From Nitrospinales bacterium (lineage in GTDB: Bacteria > Nitrospinota > Nitrospinia > Nitrospinales > VA-1): 32,000 nucleotides of DNA. The position numbers and the translations under genes are program-made. Shown piece by piece: positions 9,313 to 18,006 of this stretch. Numbering within the stretch: position 1 is the stretch's first letter; every line of letters starts with the position of its first letter. The notes beneath the pieces were generated by a model that was not told where the DNA came from, made no database searches, and saw only the letters and a list, made by a program, of their open reading frames with translations. The DNA lies in the NCBI GenBank assembly GCA_965262115.1, contig OZ253496.1:875802-907801 (forward strand). The letters run 5' to 3'.

Positions 9313-10590
9313 TTGTTGAGTCCATTTATGGAGCAGAAAATATTCATGAAAATTGAAAATGTGGAAGTGCGGGACATCGCCGGAGAATTCGGAACCCCCG
9401 TTTATGTATACAGTATGGAACACCTTCGCCGTTCGATTGGCGAGATCAAGCAATTGGCCCCTGTTACCCGTTACGCCATGAAGGCCAATTCCAATATCCG
9501 CATTCTCAAGGAAATGCTCGACAACGGGGTCAAAATTGACGCGGTCAGTGTTTTTGAAGTGCAACGCGCGCTTCGCGCGGGATTTAGCACCGACGACATC
9601 TGCTTCACCAGCGATGTCTTTTTCAACGATGAGGATGTGAAGTTCTGTCTTGAAAACAATATTTACTGCAATTGCGGCACATTGGGGATGGTCGAGGAAT
9701 ATGGCAAGGCCCTAAAAGCTACGGGCTCCGGCTCCTCAAAAATTTCAATCCGGATCAACCCCGGCGAAGGCGCCGGCCATTCTAAAAAAACCAATACCGG
9801 CGGCCCCTACAGTAAGCACGGAATCTGGTACCAGAACCTGGATGAGGTGAAACGGTTATTAAGAGAATACGACTTGACCTTGTCCGGCGTACATATGCAC
9901 ATCGGGTCTGGCGGCGATATGGAACACCTCAAACGTATCACCGGAAAACTAGTGAAATTCGCCAAACAGTTTGAAGAGGTGGAAACCGTCAACTTTGGCG
10001 GAGGGCTGCCCTACCAATATGATCCCGACCAACCGCAGGAAGATATTTCCGGATACAAAACCATTCTCGAAGAACGTGCAAAGCTATTGAAGGACCATTT
10101 TGGTCGGGACATTGTCTGCGAAATCGAACCGGGCAGAAGGTTCGTGGCGGGTTGTGGGACCCTGATCGGAGAAGTTCGCTCTCTCAATCACACCTTCGAT
10201 GAAGAGGGAAAACGTATCGACTATGTGTTGACGAATGTCGGCTTCTGCCATCTCCTCCGCCCCATGGCGTATGGATCGTTTCATCCTATCTGGTTTGTCG
10301 GTGATGACCTTGGGCCAGAACAAGATCTCATCGTGGCCGGGCCGGTTTGTGAATCCGGAGACGTGTTAACCCAAAAAGATGAAGAACCGGTAGCCCGCAC
10401 ACTGCCCATGCCGAAACCAGGGGACTGCATCGTGATCGGTGGAGCCGGGGCTTACGGTCACGTCATGTCCTCAAACTACAATTCCCAGCCGCTCATCCCC
10501 GAAGTGGTGGTCGAAGGCAACCGGTGCGTGCAGACCCGAAGCCGCCAGACACTTGATGATATCCTGCAGTCGGAAAACCAGACTGATTAA
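9313..10590 (+). CDS. lysA: Diaminopimelate decarboxylase
   Basis: YAMKANSN (PLP lysine), HMHIGSGG, NFGGGLPY, EPGRRFVAGCGTL, CESGD, and GAYG. The true start may be MKIENVEV. Confidence 0.92.
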   Translation: MLSPFMEQKIFMKIENVEVRDIAGEFGTPVYVYSMEHLRRSIGEIKQLAPVTRYAMKANSNIRILKEMLDNGVKIDAVSVFEVQRALRAGFSTDDICFTSDVFFNDEDVKFCLENNIYCNCGTLGMVEEYGKALKATGSGSSKISIRINPGEGAGHSKKTNTGGPYSKHGIWYQNLDEVKRLLREYDLTLSGVHMHIGSGGDMEHLKRITGKLVKFAKQFEEVETVNFGGGLPYQYDPDQPQEDISGYKTILEERAKLLKDHFGRDIVCEIEPGRRFVAGCGTLIGEVRSLNHTFDEEGKRIDYVLTNVGFCHLLRPMAYGSFHPIWFVGDDLGPEQDLIVAGPVCESGDVLTQKDEEPVARTLPMPKPGDCIVIGGAGAYGHVMSSNYNSQPLIPEVVVEGNRCVQTRSRQTLDDILQSENQTD

Positions 10591-10610
10591 CCTCTTTTTT
10601 GTTGGCCTCT

Positions 10611-10916
10611 TTAAAACAACGGGTCTATTTTCTCGGCCATCTGCACATCGGCGAGAGTGACCCCTCTTGTCGTGTGGGTCCAGTAGCGGATGGTGATGCG
10701 TTTATAGTTGATGATGATGTCCGGGTGATGATTGTTGTCTTCCGCTGCTTCGGCGATCTTACCCACAAAATCAATCCCTTCCATGAATTTGGAGGCGTGG
10801 TGGACCCGCTCGATGTAAGGCACCCCTTTTTCGTTCTTGCCGGTTTTCCATTCTGGCGCCATCTCTTTCAACTTTTCTTCCAGCTCCTGTTCAGTCAGGG
10901 CAATCTTTTCTACCAT
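10611..10916 (-). CDS. 4a-hydroxytetrahydrobiopterin dehydratase (pterin carbinolamine dehydratase)
   Basis: 101 aa ending FVGKIAEAAEDNNHHPDIIINYKRITIRYWTHTTRGVTLADVQMAEKID. Confidence 0.88.
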   Translation of the reverse strand: MVEKIALTEQELEEKLKEMAPEWKTGKNEKGVPYIERVHHASKFMEGIDFVGKIAEAAEDNNHHPDIIINYKRITIRYWTHTTRGVTLADVQMAEKIDPLF

Positions 10917-10962
10917 TTTCAAACTCCATAAATTTATATCTGGCGCAGACCGGGTTTGACAA

Positions 10963-11208
10963 TCAAACAAGTTTGTCCAGTTTTTTACGCAAGGTGGTTT
11001 CGTGCGCCTTGTATACAAAACTTTCTTCGCCATTGATGCGCACCACCGGAATGCGCTCCTTATAAGATTCAAACAACACGGGATCAGATTCAATATCCGT
11101 CAGGGTCAGGACCGCTGGATAATCGGCAAGCACCCGCTCAACAATAGCCTTCGCGTCATCGCAAAGACAGCAATCTTTTTTGGTCAGAATTTCTATATTG
11201 ATACTCAT
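10963..11208 (-). CDS. Glutaredoxin-like (DUF836-type) protein
   Basis: IEILTKKDCCLCDDAKAIVERV...RIPVVRINGEE. Confidence 0.8.
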   Translation of the reverse strand: MSINIEILTKKDCCLCDDAKAIVERVLADYPAVLTLTDIESDPVLFESYKERIPVVRINGEESFVYKAHETTLRKKLDKLV

Positions 11209-11300
11209 CGACTGCTCGCCGCAGGGGCAAAATTTATATCCAGAGGGCTAACCAATATATCTTACAGTAAACCGCCCTATTCCCTCCGGGCGTGGCCCGG

Positions 11301-12314
11301 TTACATGGAGTGGGTCATGGTTGTAATTTTCCCCCAGATAATGAGGCAGGTGAACAACAGGATGAATCCAACCAGAACCGTCATTGCCAACGGTCGTTTC
11401 TTCCAATACCTCTCTTTATTTTGATCGACGAAGGGAATGGCGGCCAGAAACAAAATGATCAACGGAGGAGCGACAATCATAAAAGGCACCCACAGGTTTT
11501 CCAAAGCATATATCCAGACAAACTGCCACGGCGGCTTGGTCACTTCCAGTCCCAGCACCGGTTCTTCTCCCAGTGGTGGAGCAATGGTGAGCGCCAGCAG
11601 GCAGATCAACAGGAACACCCCCGCTCCCGCTCTTTGCAGATATGCCATGTGCCGGGTAAAAGACATGTCTTTACTTTTTTCCTGCGCTTCGGGCAGAGGC
11701 GACAGCTTGTGGAATTTAACGTAGAACAGGTGTAGTCCCACCATCAACAAAGTGATGATCGGGAGCAATGATATATGAGCCATATAAATCCGGTTTAACA
11801 GCGGCACTCCCGGCGCAAATTCTTCGGTCAGTGGAAAGCCAAAAATGCCGATTTGCTCTGCCACCCAGAGAAAATGCGCCAGGGCTTCATAGGCTTCCTG
11901 ATCCCACTTGATAACCGTGCCCGTAAACAGCAAGGTCACCATCAGCAGCATCAGGCCGATTCCTATCAACCAGTTTATTTCGCGGGGATTTTTATAGGAT
12001 GCGGTAAAAAAGACACGTATCACATGCAGAGTCATGGTCACAGTCAGCACTTCCGCCGCCCAGAAATGAATGCCGCGCAGAAACCAGCCCAAATAAACCT
12101 GATCGACCAGGTAATGCAGGCTCTGGTTGGCGCGTTCGGGGTCGGGCACAAAAAACTGTGCCAGCAAAATTCCACTGAGAACCAGAACCGTGAAGGACGA
12201 CAGGGTCATTCCCCCAAGAGAGTATTTTATGGAGTTGGCGTGTTCTGGAATGTCGTATTCAAGAAGCTGAAAGCCTAGCCGGTCTTGCAAAATTTTTGAA
12301 AGTCCGTTAGCCAT
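11301..12314 (-). CDS. Cytochrome b/b6-type membrane protein
   Basis: [62 protein letters not shown], and [14 protein letters not shown]. Likely start is MANGLSKIL at 12314. Confidence 0.88.
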   Translation of the reverse strand: MANGLSKILQDRLGFQLLEYDIPEHANSIKYSLGGMTLSSFTVLVLSGILLAQFFVPDPERANQSLHYLVDQVYLGWFLRGIHFWAAEVLTVTMTLHVIRVFFTASYKNPREINWLIGIGLMLLMVTLLFTGTVIKWDQEAYEALAHFLWVAEQIGIFGFPLTEEFAPGVPLLNRIYMAHISLLPIITLLMVGLHLFYVKFHKLSPLPEAQEKSKDMSFTRHMAYLQRAGAGVFLLICLLALTIAPPLGEEPVLGLEVTKPPWQFVWIYALENLWVPFMIVAPPLIILFLAAIPFVDQNKERYWKKRPLAMTVLVGFILLFTCLIIWGKITTMTHSM

Positions 12315-12318
12315 CAGG

Positions 12319-12750
12319 TCATTCTCCCGGCCGCAGGTAAGTGAGACCGGCAAAAGCTAAGCCAGCAAACAGGGTGATGCCGACAGCAGTTCCAAACCCC
12401 TTGCTGGATGAAGAAACCCTCTCATGGTGAGAAAGCTCGACCTGAGCCTCCTGATGCTCGCTATGATTTCCCTCCATTTTCATACCCCCCATGGGCATAG
12501 GATCAGGCGAGGCTAGCTCATCTTGTGTGAACAAATCGGTGGGGGAAAACATATTATCGAGGCCGTTATCGGAGTCCGAAAGGGGGTTGACCTCTTTAGC
12601 AGAGTACATTGGGTCTATGGCCGCAGGTTCTTCCGCTTTTTTTTCCACAGACTTGTGGCCTCCACCATGTGCGAATGCTTCCTGAATTGGAAGCAGGAAG
12701 AAGGCCGCCAGAAAAACTACCGATGCAAGACAAAATTTATTCACGATCAA
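12319..12750 (-). CDS. Small secreted/anchored His- and Met-rich protein with C-terminal TM segment
   Basis: Signal peptide ending AFAHGGGH, a [20 protein letters not shown] linker, and a C-terminal TM. Overlaps the 12747 start. Confidence 0.6.
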   Translation of the reverse strand: MIVNKFCLASVVFLAAFFLLPIQEAFAHGGGHKSVEKKAEEPAAIDPMYSAKEVNPLSDSDNGLDNMFSPTDLFTQDELASPDPMPMGGMKMEGNHSEHQEAQVELSHHERVSSSSKGFGTAVGITLFAGLAFAGLTYLRPGE

Positions 12751-13310
12751 CTCCCGAGCACCATTTGAGAAAAGGCCTCCAGAGTTTCTTCGTTGGCCCA
12801 GTCTCGTGGGCCAATCGCCTTATGGACAATGAGGCCCTCTCGATTGACGATAAAGGTTTCAGGAACACCGGTGGTCTTATAAACTTTTTTAGCGATTTCG
12901 CTTTCGGGATCGAGCAACACCGGGAAAGTCAGATTGAATTTTTTCATGAATGGCTCAATCAAACTCTGATCTTTATCCACGCTGATGGTGAGCATCTCGA
13001 ATCCGAAGTCTTTATATTTTCGGTACAGTTTTTCCATCGAAGGCATTTCCACTTCGCAAGTTCCGCACCAGGTCGCCCAGAAGTTGATGAACACCACTTT
13101 GCCGCGATAGTCGGAAAGCTTCACCTTTCCTCCCGCCAAAGTAGACAGTTCAAATTCGGGAGATATAAATGCCTCTGCCGGATATTCGGTTTCAAAGGGT
13201 TTTAACTCCACCTTATTGAGCGACATCACAAACACAGACAAAAGCGCCGCAACCATAAAGGTGTAGGGAATATAAATGCTGATGGGTTTATCCTGAGCTA
13301 CGTTTTCCAT
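12747..13310 (-). CDS. TlpA/ResA-like thioredoxin-family protein
   Basis: KVVFINFWATWCGTCEVEMPSMEKLY...GVPETFIVNREG, with an N-terminal membrane anchor. Confidence 0.9.
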   Translation of the reverse strand: MENVAQDKPISIYIPYTFMVAALLSVFVMSLNKVELKPFETEYPAEAFISPEFELSTLAGGKVKLSDYRGKVVFINFWATWCGTCEVEMPSMEKLYRKYKDFGFEMLTISVDKDQSLIEPFMKKFNLTFPVLLDPESEIAKKVYKTTGVPETFIVNREGLIVHKAIGPRDWANEETLEAFSQMVLGS

Positions 13311-13319
13311 GATTTTTTT

Positions 13320-13769
13320 TTAAGTTCTGCGATAAGGCCGATAAAACTTTTTGTCCACGGCAATTACAATTTCGTCCAGGGTCTTTCCCTGATTATACAA
13401 TTCATAGGCGTAAAACACTTCTCCCAGGCAGATATCGCATTTAGAACCGTGCTTGTTCGTGTAACAGGTCAGCAGGGTTTTATGCCCATGATTCTTTTTA
13501 CAGTAGCAATAACAAAACAGGCTGTCGATCACCTTGGGAATTTCGGCGGCGATGCGGTAGGCTTTCGCCACTCGCCCCGTGAACGAGGCATCGGGCATGA
13601 TCGGGCGGGTTTCAATCAAAAATCCCGTTGCCGGAGCCACCGGCTGAGCCTTCGGCTTGGTCCCGACATAAACACCTCCCACTATCAGGCAGACCAGAAG
13701 ACCCAACGCGATAAATGAAATACGTTTTTTACTCATTGATGAGGTTCTGCCAGATTTTTTCTTACCCAT
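13320..13769 (-). CDS. PCYCGC-motif-like membrane/lipoprotein
   Basis: FCYCYCKKNHGHKTLLTCYTNKHGSKCDICLGEVFYAYEL...GKTLDEI. The exact start is uncertain. Confidence 0.7.
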   Translation of the reverse strand: MGKKKSGRTSSMSKKRISFIALGLLVCLIVGGVYVGTKPKAQPVAPATGFLIETRPIMPDASFTGRVAKAYRIAAEIPKVIDSLFCYCYCKKNHGHKTLLTCYTNKHGSKCDICLGEVFYAYELYNQGKTLDEIVIAVDKKFYRPYRRT

Positions 13770-13855
13770 ACGGAGTACCTCCGTTAGCAACTTGCAATAT
13801 ATTTATCGTGCATCCAAACGGCTTCTCGGCTCAATGAGTCATTGCTTACTGGCCC

Positions 13856-13901
13856 TGTTATATCCGCTCCTCAGCTCTCATGCCCCGGAAAGGGGTACAC
13901 A
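13856..13901 (+). repeat. Dispersed intergenic repeat, copy 4
   Basis: TGTTATATCCGCTCCTCAGCTCTCATGCCCCGGAAAGGGGTACAC. Confidence 0.5.
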
Positions 13902-13989
13902 CTTAGTGGGGATTATATGGACTGCTGAACCTCAATTCAACTCAATTCCCCGCCATCCACCGAGGACAGAGTTTTCCCGCCCCACAGCA

Positions 13990-14790
13990 TCACAATTGAG
14001 TGTCTGTGAATTCAATATGGGATGCAGCCTTGACCAACTGGTCAGAGTTTTTCCATTGCAACTTGTCCTGGGGGATGAGAAAGTCGCCTTCGGCGTTGCG
14101 GAAGGGGCGCCACTCCCGGTCCAGATAAACCTCATTAGGCCTGAAGCTTGCCTTATAGACCAAGGATGCATTGTCGGAAATATAATAACCGAGATAAAAA
14201 TATTTGATCCGGCTCGTGAGGGCATATTCCATCTGCTTCAATACGCTGAAAGTTCCCAGGCTCATTTTTTTGTCGGGAACCTGATAAAAAGTATAAATAG
14301 CGGAAAAAGACTGGGATGTTCTGTCGCCTAGCGCCACGCCAATGAGCTTTCCATCAAGATAGTATTCGAACTCAATTCCAAAAGGCGTGTTGACATAAAA
14401 AGACAGTCGGAAATTTTGTTCGTCTTCCACATCATCCTGCAGGGAAAAAAATCTTTCCTTGTGAATGAGGTAAAGCTCAAATTTCTCATGAGTATATTGC
14501 GGGACACCAATCTTGACCTCCACACCCTTACAGGAAGCCAAAGCCCGTTTCTGGTTACGAGTCATTTTGAAATTCTCGATCCGCACCCGGATGGGAATGC
14601 ACTGGTAGCAGTCCTGACAGCGGGGACGAAAAAAGTAATCCCCGAAATGGCGCATGCCATGAGCCAACAGGTATTCAAATTCCACCTCTGAGACATCTTC
14701 AAGCAGGTACTCCTCGAACAGGGATTTTCTATCCTTAAAATACCCGCATTGAAATGATCTGGAATCTATAAAATGGGCTAACATATTCAC
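13990..14790 (-). CDS. bpt: Aspartate/glutamate leucyltransferase (N-end rule aminoacyl-tRNA-protein transferase)
   Basis: HFGDYFFRPRCQDCYQCIPIRVRIENFKMTRNQKR...SFSAIYTFYQVPDKKMSLGTFSVLKQMEYA...YLGYYI...MVYKASFRPNE-type motifs. Confidence 0.9.
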   Translation of the reverse strand: MNMLAHFIDSRSFQCGYFKDRKSLFEEYLLEDVSEVEFEYLLAHGMRHFGDYFFRPRCQDCYQCIPIRVRIENFKMTRNQKRALASCKGVEVKIGVPQYTHEKFELYLIHKERFFSLQDDVEDEQNFRLSFYVNTPFGIEFEYYLDGKLIGVALGDRTSQSFSAIYTFYQVPDKKMSLGTFSVLKQMEYALTSRIKYFYLGYYISDNASLVYKASFRPNEVYLDREWRPFRNAEGDFLIPQDKLQWKNSDQLVKAASHIEFTDTQL

Positions 14791-15049
14791 TTCCCCCCGC
14801 TGAGTGGAGGGGAATCCTCAAATTAAGTATCTATGATCTCATTATTCTATAATACTTTACTGTCAGATGACAAATCAGGATAAGAGACCTATATGCCTGA
14901 TATCCATTTTCAGCCCCACGATGGTCGTGAGGTTTGAAATTCTGCCCGTTTTATGATTAACTTTCCTCGCGTGGGCAGGACCCAAACAGCACAGAAACTT
15001 CAATAAACGCAAAAGTTACTCCCTTCCCTTGTGGAGATATATCGGTTTG

Positions 15050-15721
15050 AAGGTATCCATCATCGTTCCCACTCTTAATGAAGAGTTTGTTCTCGAGAAA
15101 ACCCTGACACAAATCCAACAGCTTTCTCCTCATGAGTTGATTGTCAGCTATGGCGGGAGTGATGATGATACCCGCCTTATTGCCAAAAAGTTCAGCCACC
15201 GCGTCATCACCGGGTCTGCCGGTCGCGCTATGCAAATGAATGCCGGTGCCGACGAAGCCACCGGTGATCTATTGCTTTTTTTGCATGCCGACAACCGACT
15301 CGAGCCTGAAAGCTATCGAAAAATGCTGGAGCACATGGAGAATCCTGAATGGATCGGAGGCGCCTTCACACTCTGTATAGAATCCCAAAAATGGTCCATC
15401 AAGTTGATTGCCCTGTTAGCCAATATCCGCTCGAAATATTTTGGCCTCGCTTATGGTGATCAGGGGTTCTTTGTCCGTAAAGAGGTTTTCAAAAACATGA
15501 ATGGATTCTCCCCTCTTCCTATTTGTGAAGATCTTGATTTCTACTGCCGCTTGAGAAAGAAAGGACCTGTTATCTTGCTAAAGGAAAAGACGCATACTTC
15601 CCCAAGACGCTGGATCAAGGAAGGAATCGTTTTCACCACAGCAAGGAATATCCTCATCGCCATCCTGTTCGGCCTGGGGTTCCCGCCGCGCACCCTGACC
15701 AAATGGTATCCCCCCCACTAG
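15050..15721 (+). CDS. Glycosyltransferase family 2 protein (rSAM/selenodomain-associated transferase 2 type)
   Basis: KVSIIVPTLNEEFVLEKTL...GRAMQMNAGADEATGDLLLFLHADNRLE...ICEDLDFYCRLRKKG. The track ORF begins at 15029; the exact start was not resolved. Confidence 0.82.
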   Translation, partial: KVSIIVPTLNEEFVLEKTLTQIQQLSPHELIVSYGGSDDDTRLIAKKFSHRVITGSAGRAMQMNAGADEATGDLLLFLHADNRLEPESYRKMLEHMENPEWIGGAFTLCIESQKWSIKLIALLANIRSKYFGLAYGDQGFFVRKEVFKNMNGFSPLPICEDLDFYCRLRKKGPVILLKEKTHTSPRRWIKEGIVFTTARNILIAILFGLGFPPRTLTKWYPPH

Positions 15722-15770
15722 GTGCCCTAGTAGTGCTGGATTCCAATTGTGATCAACGGGTATGCTGGCT

Positions 15771-16199
15771 TCATTCAACTTTCACTTTTTTCTGTTCAAA
15801 CAGGGCATCCAAAATAGGGCAATCAGGCACTACTCCCCCTTCACATTTTGAAGAAATTTCAGCCAATATTTTTTCCAGCTTTTTTAAATCCAAAATCTTT
15901 TGATGAATATTCCCCAGGTGATGAAGAGTGATATCTTCCACCTGCTGACAGGTGTAAGCCCCTCCATCAATTAGTTTCAAAAGGGCTCGGATATCCGCAA
16001 GCGAAAATCCTAGTTCCCTGCACCGACAAATAAATACAAGCCGCTTTAAGTGACTTTCACTATAAATCCGGTGTCCACCTTCTGTTCTGGGCGGTTTCGG
16101 GAAGATTTCAATCTTTTCATAATATCTGATTGTTTCGATCTTACAATTAGTTTGCCTGGACAAAAGCCCAATGCTCAAGTTTTTTTCTTGATTTGGCAT
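15771..16199 (-). CDS. MerR-family transcriptional regulator with the mercury-sensor cysteine pattern
   Basis: IGLLSRQTNCKIETIRYYEKIEIFPKPPRTEGGHRIYSESHLKRLVFICRCRELGFSLADIRALL...AYTCQQV (35 residues) KCEGGVVPDCPILDAL. The three Cys align with C82/C117/C126 of Tn501-type MerR: the first spacing is identical (35), the second is 8 instead of 9. Confidence 0.9.
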   Translation of the reverse strand: MPNQEKNLSIGLLSRQTNCKIETIRYYEKIEIFPKPPRTEGGHRIYSESHLKRLVFICRCRELGFSLADIRALLKLIDGGAYTCQQVEDITLHHLGNIHQKILDLKKLEKILAEISSKCEGGVVPDCPILDALFEQKKVKVE

Positions 16200-16207
16200 A
16201 ATAATCC

Positions 16208-16238
16208 TTGAACCTGTAGTTACTACAGGTTCTATATT
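16208..16238 (+). promoter_or_regulatory. MerR-family promoter/operator: TTGAAC - 19 bp - TATATT with the palindrome AACCTGTAG TTA CTACAGGTT
   Basis: -35 at 16208-16213, spacer 16214-16232 (19 bp), -10 at 16233-16238. A perfect 9-bp inverted repeat at 16211-16231 sits between the divergent genes. Confidence 0.88.
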
Positions 16239-16309
16239 ATAAATGAATAAAGGATTTCATGGAAAGGTGAATCTAGCCAAAAGACAAATCAAATTTTAAG
16301 GGGACAACT

Positions 16310-17020
16310 ATGGACAACACAAAAATTGACCACGAAATTACATCTGCTTTTGGGCTTGATATCCCCCCAATAGCAATGGCCTTTGTTGATGATCAACCGC
16401 AGGGAGTGGAAACAATCGAGGAAGAAGTTCCGTCCTTTTGTACTTTTTGGCGCATGGCAGAGAAAAAAGCGTTCTATGCCCCGGCAAATAAACATTATAA
16501 CTGCCCCATAGGAGCCATGGTGTTGGGATTCGAGATGCCCAAAGAGGTACAGGAACAATTGGGTGGTTTGGTTAAAAAAATGTGTGAATGCTCTTACTTG
16601 TCAGAAGATGAGCCTGCAAATATTCCTACCCTTACAGAAAAAAAAGTCGGCGTGGTTTATGGACCCTTGAAAGACTTTCCTGTGGAACCGCAATTGATCT
16701 TGATGTGGTTGAAACCCTCACAGGCAATGATTTACAACAAGGTTTTGGGATGCTGCAAATGGTCTGGAAGTATGGATTCTATGGCATTGGGTCGTCCGGC
16801 TTGCGCTGTGATTCCAACGACCTTAAATAAATCACCTTTTGGCATGTCTTTAGGTTGCACTGGAATGCGTACTTTCACTGAAGTCAGTGATGATCATATT
16901 CTGGCTACACTCAATTGCAAAGAAATAGATTCCTTCCTGACCAGTCTCCAAACAACTTTATCAGCGAACAAGGAGATGAAAGAATTCTATTTAGATCATA
17001 AAAAAAATATTACAGGTTAA
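16310..17020 (+). CDS. Cys-rich DUF169-family protein
   Basis: FGLDIPPIAMAFVDD...FCTFWR...YNCPIGAMVLGF...LGCCKWSG...GRPACAVIPTTL...FGMSLGCTGMRTFTE; nine cysteines; first gene downstream of the operator. Confidence 0.75.
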   Translation: MDNTKIDHEITSAFGLDIPPIAMAFVDDQPQGVETIEEEVPSFCTFWRMAEKKAFYAPANKHYNCPIGAMVLGFEMPKEVQEQLGGLVKKMCECSYLSEDEPANIPTLTEKKVGVVYGPLKDFPVEPQLILMWLKPSQAMIYNKVLGCCKWSGSMDSMALGRPACAVIPTTLNKSPFGMSLGCTGMRTFTEVSDDHILATLNCKEIDSFLTSLQTTLSANKEMKEFYLDHKKNITG

Positions 17021-17075
17021 ATATGGTCCGTTTTCAATTTAAAAGAATTAAAACTTGAATAAAGGAAACAATATT

Positions 17076-17345
17076 ATGCCAAAGAGAAAAGTTGAAGTTT
17101 TTACAAGTGGTTGCCCAATTTGTGAGCCCACCATGGACCTTGTCAAAAGCTTGGCTTGTCCATCGTGTGAAGTCACTGTTTATGATTTAACCAAGGACGA
17201 GAATAAAGAAATTCAAAACAAGGCGGCATTTTATGGAATCGAAAGGATTCCTGCGGTCGCAGTAGATGAAAAATTATTGGAATGCTGCGAAATGAGTTCG
17301 GTTTCTGAAAGCATATTAAGACAGGCAGGGATAGGGAGCGCATAA
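17076..17345 (+). CDS. Thioredoxin/glutaredoxin-fold protein with three Cys pairs
   Basis: MPKRKVEVFTSGCPICEPTMDLVKSLACPSCEVTVYDLTKDE...GIERIPAVAVDEKLLECCEMS; RBS-like AAAGGAAA upstream. Confidence 0.85.
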   Translation: MPKRKVEVFTSGCPICEPTMDLVKSLACPSCEVTVYDLTKDENKEIQNKAAFYGIERIPAVAVDEKLLECCEMSSVSESILRQAGIGSA

Positions 17346-17373
17346 ATTTTAATTATTTTGGAAGGTTTTTATT

Positions 17374-18006
17374 ATGTCGTTTGTCTACATGAAAATCCTT
17401 GAGTCTCGCCCTGAACGTTACGATATAGGGATGGGTCTTTTGACTCTAGGAACATTGACAAAAATAAAACAGCAGATAGCCGAACATACCCATCCCGGCG
17501 ACCACGTTCTCGATTTAGGTTGCGGTACTGGAACTCTCGCGCAAATGTGTATCGAGCGAGGAGCAATAGTGACAGGAGTAGACACCAATAGCGGCATGCT
17601 AGCAGTGGCAAAGAGAAATTCGCCCTCGGCAAACTACCTTAATATTAGCCTTAGCAACCTCGATGAGCATTTAAGGGATGAATCGTTCGATATTATTTTG
17701 AGCACGCTTGCTTTCAGCGAACTGACCCGTGCCGAACGAATTCATGTATTGAAACAGATCAAAAGAATACTGAAAAATGAAGGGAAAGTTCTTATCGGCG
17801 ATGAAATAATCCCCGAAAACTTTTTTGCCAAATGCTTTTACTATGCCTTCAGGTTGCCTATGCGGCTTCTTACTTGGATTATGACTCAAACCACAACCAA
17901 TGCCATCTCCAGTTTTGATGATGAAGTTCTTGAAGCAGGCATGCAAATGGTCAATCGTAAACCATTTATGCTGGGCATGTTCATTCTTTTAGAAATTAAA
18001 AAATGA
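17374..18006 (+). CDS. Class I SAM-dependent methyltransferase, candidate corrinoid-protein-associated methyltransferase
   Basis: HVLDLGCGTGTLAQMCIERGAIVTGVDTNSGML...FDIILSTLAFSEL...RILKNEGKVLIGDEI; RBS GGAAGG. The stop overlaps the start of the HgcA-like gene (ATGA). Confidence 0.88.
   Translation: MSFVYMKILESRPERYDIGMGLLTLGTLTKIKQQIAEHTHPGDHVLDLGCGTGTLAQMCIERGAIVTGVDTNSGMLAVAKRNSPSANYLNISLSNLDEHLRDESFDIILSTLAFSELTRAERIHVLKQIKRILKNEGKVLIGDEIIPENFFAKCFYYAFRLPMRLLTWIMTQTTTNAISSFDDEVLEAGMQMVNRKPFMLGMFILLEIKK

Noticed and set aside
16200-16309. Cobalamin riboswitch upstream of the operon
   Set aside because: No B12-box-like sequence was recognised; the MerR operator explains the region.
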